A stretch of DNA of 63,316 nt, filler included, from Sphacelaria rigidula (Eukaryota): NCBI GenBank assembly GCA_964200075.2. It is 4 parts of 4 records of this genome, joined end to end, with 100 filler letters (N's around TTAATTAATTAA, not from the genome) between each part and the next. Parts side by side here need not be neighbours in the genome. Positions count along the whole stretch, not along the records: positions 15,860 to 31,613 come from CAXNAA020001607.1; positions 31,714 to 47,465 come from CAXNAA020001608.1; 2 more parts are not named here. The stretch is one strand, 5' to 3'. Under the pieces are notes generated by a model that worked only from the letters and a program-made list of their open reading frames with translations, made no database searches and was not told the DNA's origin. Shown here one piece after another: positions 26,028-36,750 of this stretch (positions are counted from its first letter, which is position 1; each line of letters opens with the position of its first letter). A program made the translations under genes and the position numbers.

Positions 26028-29000
26028 CTACCCCCTAGGACTCTCACTATAGCCAGAACTTTCGAAAGAGTCAATGCTTTCACCATCATCGCTAAAAAAA
26101 CTGCTGGCTTCCGTTGTTGCCCGTTCGAAGAGCTCTACCTCTGTTTCTACACCACTTCCTTCCGCAGCATATCCACTTTCTTCGTCCTCAGCTATTCCAT
26201 ATTCATAATCCCTACCCTCGCCGCTATCACCCTCGCCACCATTGTTCCCAGTGGCGCTTGAAACGTCACTTTTGATATCGCTACTACTGTATCTCTGAAA
26301 CAACTGCTGTGCCGTCATGATGACCTCCCCGCCTCTCCTACCCAAACTACGGGTGCTGCTACTTGCAACGACAGCTCTGTACTGTGTACGCGGCATAGAC
26401 GTGACAACCACCTTTGGTCTCGCTCTCGACTTTGGGCTGACCACTCGAAGTGGTGGCTTCATTGTTCCGCGGGACCGAACAGCTCCTAATTCTCGTCCCT
26501 CCCTGCTTCTCTTTCCCCCCTCGCGGCGATTGCTGCCCTCCGCTTTGCCCCATTTCTCGCCCCCGACGTTCCTACCGATGTTGGCCTGTTTTGTTTTGTG
26601 GTTTGTGCTAGTACGTTCGTCTTCCTCGCCCCGTACTTTCCTCGTTGATGCTTCGACCATTGCACGTTCGATATGTTTTCGCCGCGAACGCTTTTCGTGT
26701 TCGTACGAAGCCTCCATGTGCAGGCGTGTGGGGGATATCGTAACACGAGCTGGATTGTGCTTCGTGCGCTGGTTAGCCCCGCCGCTGGCACGGTTCTTCT
26801 GGTGGCGGTGACACGAACATAATAATGAGCCGAAGCATGGACAACGGTTGATGGGGGCGCGCTCTTCGCAAAGTATTCAAGCGAAAGATTGTCTGTATAG
26901 AGACAAAATTCCCCCCCCCCCCCCCCCCCCCACCGCTCAAACAAATATGTGGGGTCCTGCACAGTTTCCCCCGAGCGAAATGACCATGGGAATGCGTGTG
27001 CGGAGTAGCAGCAGAGAGTTAGAGTGACTGTGCATTGCTCCCTTGACTTATTTTCTCTGAGACAAGCGAATGTGCTCACGCGCATAGAAATGTGTACAGT
27101 ACCTTCGAGCTGCCTACCCCACCTTTGTGCTGGTCAAAAAGAATTTTGGACGCAACCTGACTAGCGAAACGCACTTTCGGCATGCTGAATCAGAATCGAC
27201 ATCACGTTGGTGAGTATTGGATGGCGTCACTCCGAGAATAGGTAAAGCAGAATATAGCTTGTTGTGTGCTGCTACCGAGAACAGACGCCTAGTTACACAA
27301 GCGCTCGTACGCCCCATGCGATGAATGGACGAACTTAAGCAGCTGAAAAAAAGGCAGCACCAGAGTCATACAGATTCTTTACTCCACCAGAAGACACGGT
27401 CGACAGATATCCACCGAGTCTATCCACACGGCACAGTCTAGTGAGGAATACCAGGGCCGGAATCGTGGATGACCACACTCCGAAACATGTTGGAACTTGA
27501 ACATCAAACAGGAGGAAAGTAACACTATTCAGTGGCTACCCACATAATGATGTCTACGTGAATGAAATATTTACTCAATCTAAGTCAACACATGTATATT
27601 TGCTCGACATTTCAATTTCTTTCTCTCACCTTCCGTGCTACGGCCTCGCACTTGGGTGGAACCCCACCTAAACCATCGAAACCTTCAGGGCCGGACGCCC
27701 CTCGCGCGGGCCGTTGAGGTCTTTCCGGCGTACTAGCAAACACAGAAGCTCCCATATTATGGTATTGGTCCGGCCTAGGTGTGGTGAACAACGTCGCCGA
27801 ACCCTGTTTCTTGTACGACAGCCGCGTCTGGTTTGCTATGGGGGAAGATACTTTGGCATCGATGGATGCTGCTGCTGATGCTGCCGTTGAGGGATTTCGG
27901 TGGTGTTTCCCGCGCTTTTCGATGGTCGTCACCTGGACTCTAGTAATACCGGTGCCTTGGAATAGTTCTCTGCTTGGTTGTTGGGCGGCAGCGGTGGCGG
28001 CAGCGCTGGTTGTAGACGGTGGACGAGCCGTGTCCGTCGTGTCCTCTTCGCTTGTGCTATTGATGCTATTGTGAGGTACTTGGGATCTTCTGTACAGGCT
28101 GCCTGCTGGTAGCGTGTGTTTTCTGCGTGACGAGTTACTTTTCTTGGTGAAAATGAAGCAGCAGCATTGTGAACTTGAGCAGGAGGATGCGACGTTTCTG
28201 TACAGCAGATCCTGTGAACAGTCGAGAGAGGGCCAGGAAGGGGATTGGGAGAACACAAATATACGTGAAAAGGGTGAGCACAGATCATAGTGGAACGTTT
28301 TTTTTTTTCTTCACAAGTGCAAACACACAAAGCAGTGTACAAGAAAAGACAGAGAATGACACAACTCAGACGACGGCGGTGTTGTGGTCAGAGTTATCAT
28401 GAGCGCTTGGAAAGAGATGAAAGCATCACCCAGCCAAAACCCGTCCCAGCCAGATTTACCAGCTGCGCTTGCACTTATTAGGTGCCTGGATCTATGTAAG
28501 ATCACGTGATTTTTTGTACTGCACTGTTTTCGTTAAGTTTTTCGTCGGTTATACACTGTTCCCTTTCGACAAGACGTTCAAACAAGCTTTCGGCATATCC
28601 TGCGGAGGAGGTGGAAGTGTTCCCCGCTTGGATGCTAATGCGAAGCTTGTTTGGAACAAATCTACTGACCACCTTCAAAATGTGCTACCGTTTCAACGAC
28701 ATTGGGAGCCAAGCGCGCTCGACCAACTTACAGAGCAGCAAGCAGCGAACACACCTGAAACCATGCCTGCTTCAACCTGTCGTTGAGCCCGTAGTACAAG
28801 AAGTTTACCACACCCTGACGATTACATGCAAGGAGCAGAGGGCAGACAAAATGAGGGGTGGGTGGGGAATGATAATGTCTCAGGTTGGCTACCGCCACCA
28901 ATCTTTATGGAAACGGCCAGTTCAGCGCAATGGAGCGTGGGTTCACCAGCCTAGAACCGAAACCATGCCCTGTTTGTGCAATCGTAGATGGCCTCTCTTG

Positions 29001-31187
29001 CATTCACCGACGTGTAGCGCAACAAGATGCTAGCTCCGGGGCAAAATCCATGTGTCATTCATCACGACTAAACCCAACTTCTGCGGTTAATGACCAGAAG
29101 AGCCTCCCTGCGATATACACTGTTCCCTCTTGACATGTATGTCCAACATGAAATGTCGCACAAATAAAATTCACGAGCAAACTATAGCGTTTACGTCATT
29201 ACCTGCAACCGAGCGGTGACCATGGCGAGCAGCACCAGAGTAAACTTTGCGTTGTTCTGCCCCATCACGATAATCACCAGTCCGTTTATGAGCGTGAACA
29301 CCCAGCAAAGGGCGTAGATTACGGGGTACCTGTTCGGACAACGCACGCCAGGGTAAATTTCGGCAAGCATCCATGAACTTGCGGAGTATCACTGACAGCC
29401 ACAAAAAAACTTGAAGGTATTCAGATGCCGTCATCCTTACATCGAGAGTATTTCGTGATACCGGATCGACTCTACCTGTAGATTGGTTAGCATTTCTGAT
29501 CCTATTCAACCATAGACCAAGGGATCCTGTGTCGTGTCTCTTCGCTCACGATCACAGCGGCTGCCCCTTGCCAAATTTCTTCACCCTCGCCTATGCAGTT
29601 GACTACAACAACTTCCACAAACTTCAGCGCTTGATTTTCCACTACAACTGAAGTCACAAAGTATCACACGGACACCTCTACAGTAGCTACAAATATATCC
29701 TTGTGCAACTTACGTCCATGTTTTCACCATAGCGAAACACGCCTGCACTCACCATTTCACCCTCGAAACGAACTTCCCCATATCGGTCGCCCCGACGGTG
29801 TTCCGGCGACGACGAGCTGCCGCGTGACTCATGGCGGTCGCAGCAGACACCCTGCTTTGACCACTTGCCGCCGAATCATTCCTCACAGGAGCATCAGTAT
29901 CGGGAAGCACAGGCCTATCAACTCGTAACGGTGGGCGGATGCTTTTCTCGTCACCATGTCGATTCTCATCGCGTTCGGAGCGACTCGCGGTAGCACGGTC
30001 GGCATCATTGCTCGACGTGCTGCGGGCCCAACTTTTCAATCTCCCGGCTCTGTCCTTAACAATAAGTCCCAGCGGACGCGGGTGTGTTCTGGCTATCACC
30101 GAGATTCCGCTGCTGCCAGTATGAGAAACGTTCCGGTTGCGGGCTCCGAAATCGAGCGCCGATTTGGCCATTTGTGAGGAGTGCAGCGAGGTTGAAGATA
30201 CTACCACACTGCGCGGTACCGCGGTTATGGGGTATTTTTTGCAGACGGGTCGGCCGTAAACACCGCCGTCAGCCGTCCGAATACCATGTCGTAGGCTTGA
30301 CGCTGGCATGGGGCCCGGTAGTGGTCGATTTGCTGCCCCGTACACTGTATGGAGTGTTTCGGCCGCGGGGTCGTTCACCAGGAAATCGTCGTTGTCTGTG
30401 ATGAACGCCGTCCGTTCCTCGGTGCAAAACCCTGCCTTCGAGGCACTCCACAGCCAGTTTTTGGCGTTAACTTGACTACTACTTCCACCCGAACGAACGG
30501 AAGATGCACCGCTCGTCCACCTGGTACGCGAGGCATGCGTATCGTCGTCGCCGCTCTGCCCTACCCCAGCTGATCCGTTCGGATGGTTCGGGATGCCTTG
30601 TGTAACACTGCAACCGACTCCTCCACCATGTATACTGACCGAACTGTTACGCCTCATCAGCAGCCCGCGCCGTGCTGTGCTTTTCGGTGCAACTGGTGGT
30701 TTACCCATTGCCCCGTCACCCACGGACCCAACGTTTACTCCGTTCTCTACCCTTGTAACATCTTCCTCGGCCACCACAAGTGGACCCTTCATCTGCGCCT
30801 CCCGAGGGTGATGATCTGATAGGCCCGGTTGTGCTGACGCACAGTCAGTTTTTTCACTTTTCGATACCCTCGCACAGGAAACGACGTCCGCGTTTATCGT
30901 GACACTTCCGTTTGCAGTTGCAGTGCGTGGGGGATCAATCACCGCAGTTTTGCTGGGGAGCAAACGAGGCGGAGCAACGTTCGCTCGCGAAGAGTGAGTT
31001 TGCAGGGGCAGAGCGATAGAGGAAGGATTGTTGCAGCCATGTGATGTCAGCAGGTACACGCCTCGCTGCGCTCTATGTAGGTATTGGGCGACTGTGAGAT
31101 GGGTCCATACCACGAAGGCGATGGATAGCGCGCAAACCGCGACGAAGATGAATCTCCACATTGAACCCATATCCCAGGGCTTCGTTG
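26028..31187 (-). CDS. 7TM GPCR, cAMP-receptor/Git3/GCR1-like, TM5 to C terminus (exons 31187-29753, 29329-29203, 28814-28755, 28211-27630, 26798-26028; TM1-4 exons not found)
   Basis: In-phase splicing gives TM5 (WRFIFVAVCALSIAFVVWTHL), a loop of about 430 aa, TM6 (RVKWYPVIYALCWVFTLINGL), TM7 (FTLVLLAMVTARLQGVVNFLYYGLND), helix 8 (RLKQAW) and a Cys cluster. YP..Y..CW and LQG..N...YG are hallmark motifs of this family. Confidence 0.82.
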
Positions 31188-31254
31188 CTGTTTTTGTCAG
31201 GATGAGTTGTGTGTACGTTTGCGAGCGTCGCGCGGGTGTGCGCCATGGGCAGAG

Positions 31255-31304
<50 letters not shown>

Positions 31305-31613
31305 GGTAGGGGGTTAAGAACAGAACAGATAGTGGGCAGTATAAGTATAAGTTAGTTGTGGCAGAAGCGTGGACTAGTATGATCTCTCGTCAACTTTCGA
31401 CAGGGTATGATTAGACCAACGGCAACCGTGTACAGAAAAACCGAGCACACACGTAAGGGGATCCCCGGGGTATCGTGCTATAGCTCCACCTGGGAAATTC
31501 ATCTGGGAGGTTCATGACGCTTTCTACGATAGCCCCTCCCAAAAACCAGCTAAAAGTGTCACGAAAAAAATGGCCATACAACTCCTGATGTTCGGGTTCA
31601 GGCTGCATGAAGC

Positions 31614-31713
31614 NNNNNNNNNNNNNNNNNNNNNNNNNNNNNNNNNNNNNNNNNNNNTTAATTAATTAANNNNNNNNNNNNNNNNNNNNNNNNNNNNNNN
31701 NNNNNNNNNNNNN
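31614..31713. other. Artificial contig linker
   Basis: N44-TTAATTAATTAA-N44. Confidence 0.97.
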
Positions 31714-33522
31714 GCGCAGGCATAGACGCCCCCGCTGGGGTAACCGGCACCGCCGGCGGGTACGAAGCCCCGCCCGCAGAACCAAATTGCAGCGGTACTC
31801 CGGCCGACGCAGCAGCGGATCCAAATTTCAGCTGAAATCCGGCCGGCTCAGCAGCAGGCGTCTCGCCTTGCTCTGCTGCCGGCAGCGCCGGCACCGAGCC
31901 CGACACTTGAGTGATCGGTCCCCCCTGCACCACCAGTTGCGGAGCAGCAGCCCCTTTGGCTGAGCCGGACCCAGAACCGGACCCCCGCTGACACCGCTGC
32001 CCCTGCTGCTACTGCTGCTGCTGCTGCTGCTGGGAACTCGACTGTACACCTCCACCGCTGAAGGATCCGCCTCCGCCACCTCCCCGATTACCTCTCCCTC
32101 CTTTGTGATTGCGAGGGCGCGCGGCACTCGTCTGCCCAAACTCCCCCTCGAAAGGCGTTGGGCACTTGCGTGCGTAGTGGCCTACCTGGCCACACTGAAA
32201 GCAAGTGATGTTGGCGGCGGCACTGCCTTCAAATTTTGATCCGCGGTTACGCGAGCTCCAAAACTGCGCCGACGAAGTGGATGATTTCCCCAAAACTTGA
32301 ATCTTCCGCGATGCCTGAGCCTCAGCCACCACGGTATCCATAACTAAGTACGGGCCTGACTTCCAGTTGGTTTCGTGCCGTAGTTTCACAAGCACGGCCT
32401 GTTTGAATTCCGCCGGTGCCAGACCCTCCACCATCGCTTTCGTGATCACCGCAGCGGGCCCTGGACGGAATTCCCCATCAGAGGAACGATAAACCATCTC
32501 GACGTCGGGATTTTCCAAAAAATGTGTCTCCAACTTTCACATGATTGGCTTCACCCTCTCACGCATGGCGTTCCCCTTGTGGTTCATGGCGACAGCCTTC
32601 GCCACGGCCGCGGACGCCTGGGTTAGCTCTACCTCGGCGCCCGCCACATGCCCGGCATGCTTCTTGATCGCTGCAGCCAATTGCAGCGGCGTCATTGTGT
32701 TCTTCTCGTGGAACCTTCTCGCAAAAACGCGTCGGAGGGGGGTAGGCACGGGTTGCGCCATGGATACCACCTGATGCCTTACCGCATCCCCCGCATTCGC
32801 ATGCTCCACCCGCTTCTTGTATTCCACAAATTTCCTATAAACCGAACGAGAAACACCCTCAAAATACAAATTCCCGTAACTGGGAGGCCGCAACTCTTCT
32901 CTCAGAACAACTGGGGTTACGGTCGTCTCCGCTGGCTCTTCGGTCGGTACCTCTGTAGTCGACATTTCCGAGGGGACCTAATCGAAGGCTTCTGAACCTC
33001 CTCAAACTTCACAGTTCACACCTGCCTTCGTCGCCGCACCACACAGCCGTGGGGTCCTATGAACTCCCGCTGGGCGCAGCTCCAGCAAGTCTCTAGTCTA
33101 GATCAATCACGGGCCTGCCGCCTTTGCAGCTACCTCACCTTGAACCCTCCTCACGCGTCCGTGAAGCAATATGCCCGAAGCTGTCCAGACTTTTCTCTAC
33201 TGAAACATTTCCAGCAGTCACTAACGATAGCACTACTAGCACGACTAGCACTAATATCGATATTGTGACGCCAGCAGGTTGCTAGTACTGCAGCGTCTAA
33301 TGTTGTTTTGGGACTCTCCAGTTCCACTGACCTCAGGTTTCAGTTGTTAGCCTTCACAACACCCTTTCGTATCCTGGAGTGCCACACAGGCACATACGCT
33401 CCATAAACCACATCAGGGTATCACCCTTGTGTCCATGTCATAATCCATATAATCACTACAGATCCCGAGCCATCATCCATGTCATCACTATATACTCAAC
33501 GTGACGGCGTGATTTCGTCACA
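31714..33522 (-). mobile_element. Ty3/Gypsy element A: 5' LTR (33264-33522) plus disrupted gag (32009-32965); cut by the contig edge
   Basis: LTR bounded by TGTGACG...CGTCACA. gag carries a CCHC knuckle CFQCGQVGHYARKC and motifs shared with the gags of elements B and C (P.YG, GPA..I..A.V.G..P.EFK). Confidence 0.8.
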
Positions 33523-36500
33523 TACATCATGTTTGGCCCACTAACGGCGATTCGGTGAGATCAGCCACGGCTACTGCGGCTGGCGCGGTCGAGGGCATCA
33601 AGGTGACGATGTGTGGATCGAGTCATCACCTTGACGCCCTCGATCGCACTAGCCGCGCTAGCCGCAGTAGCCGTCGCTGATCTCACCGAATCGCCGGTGG
33701 TGGCCCAAACATGATCTACCGCCCTGAGCGCGGTGCTGGCGGCGCTCTCTGCCGCGTTCATTCCCATCGCCGCAACGCTCTCTGCGCATCGCCGGTCGTG
33801 GCCCGAATATGATCTACCACGCTCACCGCGGTGCTCACAGCGCTCTTTGCTACATTTACTCTCATCGGCACCACGGTCTCTGCGGTAGCCGTCGCGGAGT
33901 GGTGGAGCTCTTGTTCGCCACGAGCGGCGATGTGATGAGATCCACGACGGCTACCGTGAGGAGCATGACAGTGATGGGAGAAAATGTAGGAAATGGGCCT
34001 TGAGCACCGCGGCCAGCATGGTCAACCATGTTTGGGCCACGAGCGGCGGTGCGGTGGACTTCGCGACGGTTACAGTGGAGAGTGGGGCGGCGATTGAAGT
34101 GAACGCAGCAAAGAGCGCCGCGAGCACCGCGGCCAGCGTGGTACATCATGTTTGGCCCACTACCGGCGATGCGGTGAGATCAGTGACGGCTACTGCGGCT
34201 GCCGCGGTCGAGAGCGTCAAGGTGACGACGTGTGGATCGAGTCATCACCTTGACGTTGTCGATCGCGCTAGCCGCTGTAGCCGTCGCTGGTTCCACCGAA
34301 TCGCCGGTGGCGGCCCGAACATGATCTACCGCCCTAAGCGCGGCGCTCGCGGCGCTCTTTGCCGCATTCGTTCCCCTCGTCGCCAATCTCTGTGGTAACC
34401 GTGGTGGAGTGATGAAGTACGTTTCGGTCACGAGCGGCGATATGATGAGGTTCACGACGGCTATCATAGAGAGCATGACGGCGGTGGGAGCAATAGTTGC
34501 AGCGAGCGCTGCGCACACCGCATCCAGCTCGGTAGATCATGTTTGGGCCACGAGCCGTGATGTGGTGGACTCCGCGACGGCTACAGTAGAGAGTGGGGCG
34601 GCGATGGGAATGAACGCAGCAAAGAGCGCCGCGAGCATCGCCGCCAGCGTGGTACATCATGATTGGCCCACTACCGGCGATGCGGTGAGATCAGCCACGG
34701 CCACTGCACTAACGTGGTCAGCGGCGTCAAGGTGGTAACGTGTTGAGCAAGTCATCACCTTGACGCCCTCGATCGCACTAGCCGCGCTAGCCGTCGCTGA
34801 TCTCACCGAATCGCCGGTGGTGGCCCAAACATGATCTACCGCCCTGAGCGCGGTGCTGGCGGCGCTCTCTGCCGCGTTCATTCCCATCGCCGCAACGCTC
34901 TCTGCTGTAGCTGTCGCGGATCTCATCGCATCGCCGGTCGTGGCCCGAATATGATCTACCACGCTCACCGCGGTGCTCACAGCGCTCTTTGCTACATTTA
35001 CTCTCATCGGCATCACGGTCTCTGCGGTAGCCGTCGCGGAGTGGTGGAGCTCTTGTTCGCCACGAGCGATGATGTGATGAGATCCACGACGGCTACCGTG
35101 AGGAGCATGACAGTGATGGGAGAAAATGTAGGAAATGGGCCTTGAGCACCGCGGCCAGCATGGTCAACCATGTTTGGGCCACGAGCAGCGGTGCGGTGGA
35201 CTTCACGACGACTATCGCAGAGAGCATGACGGCGATGGGTGTAGATGCTGCGAAAAGCGTCGTGAGCACCGCGCCGGCCTGGTAGACCATGTGCGGGTCA
35301 CGACCGGCGATGCGGTGAACTACGCGACGGCTTTCGCGGTGAGCACGGCGGCGATGGGAATGAACGCAGCAAAGAGCGCCGCGAGCACCGCGGCCAGCGC
35401 GGTAGATCACGTCTGGACCACCACCGGCGATGCGGTGAGATCAGCAACGGCTACTGCGGCTGGCGCGGTCGAGAGCATCAAGGTGGCGACGTGTGGATCG
35501 AGTCATCACCTTGACGCCCTCGATGACACTGGCCGCAGTAGCCGGCGTCGATCTCGCCGCGTCGCCGGTGGTGGCCCGAACATGATCCATCACCCTGAGC
35601 GCGGTGCGCGAGACTCCCTCTGCCGCGTTCATTCCCATCGCCGCCACGCTCCCTGCGGTAGCCGTCGCCGAGTGGTGGAGTATGTTTCGGCCACGAGCGG
35701 TGATATGATGAGATCCACGACGGCTACAGTAGAGAGCATGACCACGACGGGAGTAGTAGTAGCAGGAAAGCGCTGCGAGCACCGCGTCTAGCGTGGTAGA
35801 TGATGTTCGGGCCACTGACGGCGATGCGGTAGACTCCGCGACGACTACCGCAGAGAGCATGACGGCGATGGGTGTAGATGCTGCGAAAAGTGTCGTGAGC
35901 ACCGAGCCTGCCTGGTAGACCATGTTGGGCCACGACCGGCGATGCGGTGAACTACGCGACGGCTTTCGCGGTGAGCACGGCGGCGATGGGAGTGAACGCA
36001 GCAAAGAGCGCCGCGAGCACCGCCGCCAGCGTGGTAGATCACGTCTGGACCACCACCGGCGATGCGGTGAGATCAGCGACGGCTACTGCGGCTGGCGCGG
36101 TCGAGAGCATCAAGGTGGCGACGTGTGGATCGAGTCATCACCTTGACGCCCTCGATCGCTCTTGCCGCAGTAGCCGTCGTCGATCTCACCGAATGGCCGG
36201 TGGTGGCCCGGACATGATCCATCGCCCTGAGCGCGGTGCTCGCGACGTTCTCTGCCGCGTTCGTTCCCATCGCCGCTACGCTCCCTGCGGTAGTCGTCGC
36301 CGAGTGGTGGAGTACGCTTCGGCCACGAGCGGCGATATGATGAGATCCACGACGGCAACCGCAGAGAGCATGACGACGACGGGAGTAGTAGTAGCAGGGA
36401 GCGCTGCGAGCACCGCGTCCTGTCTGGTAGATGATGTTCGGGCCACTGACGGCGATGCGGTGGACTCCGCGACGACTACCGCAGAGAGCATGACGGAGAT

Positions 36501-36750
36501 GGGTATAGATGCTGCGAAAAGCGTCGTGAGCACCGCGCCTGTCTGGTAGATGATGTTGAACCACAACCGGCGGTGCGGTGAACGATCGCGGTGAGCACGG
36601 CGGCGATGGGAATGAACGCAGCAAAGAGCGCCGCGAGCACCGTGCCAATGCATCATGTTTGGACCACCACCGGCGATGCGGTGAGATCAGCGACGGCTAC
36701 TGCGGCTGGCGCGGTCGAGAGCATCAAGGTGGCGACGTGTGGATCGAGTC
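33523..36750. repeat. Higher-order tandem array of hairpins built from a 120-bp GC-rich unit in both orientations
   Basis: The unit reads VDHVWATTGDAVRSATATAESMTAMGMNAAKSAASTAASV. Six palindrome centres at 33611, 34230, 34740, 35491, 36123 and 36737. Confidence 0.92.

Noticed and set aside
29749-31170. Stand-alone 473-aa membrane-anchored protein
   Set aside because: It is an internal GPCR exon with an acceptor at 31188 and a donor at 29752.
34000-36656. Array ORFs (e.g. 34000-34398, 35947-36549) as a functional protein gene
   Set aside because: The frame is broken by stops, frameshifts and orientation switches; no splice model found.
33523-36750. CRISPR-like array or recombinase-inverted shufflon
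   Set aside because: The sequences between apices are homologous repeats, not unique spacers. All six loops have the same orientation, and no cas or recombinase gene is visible.
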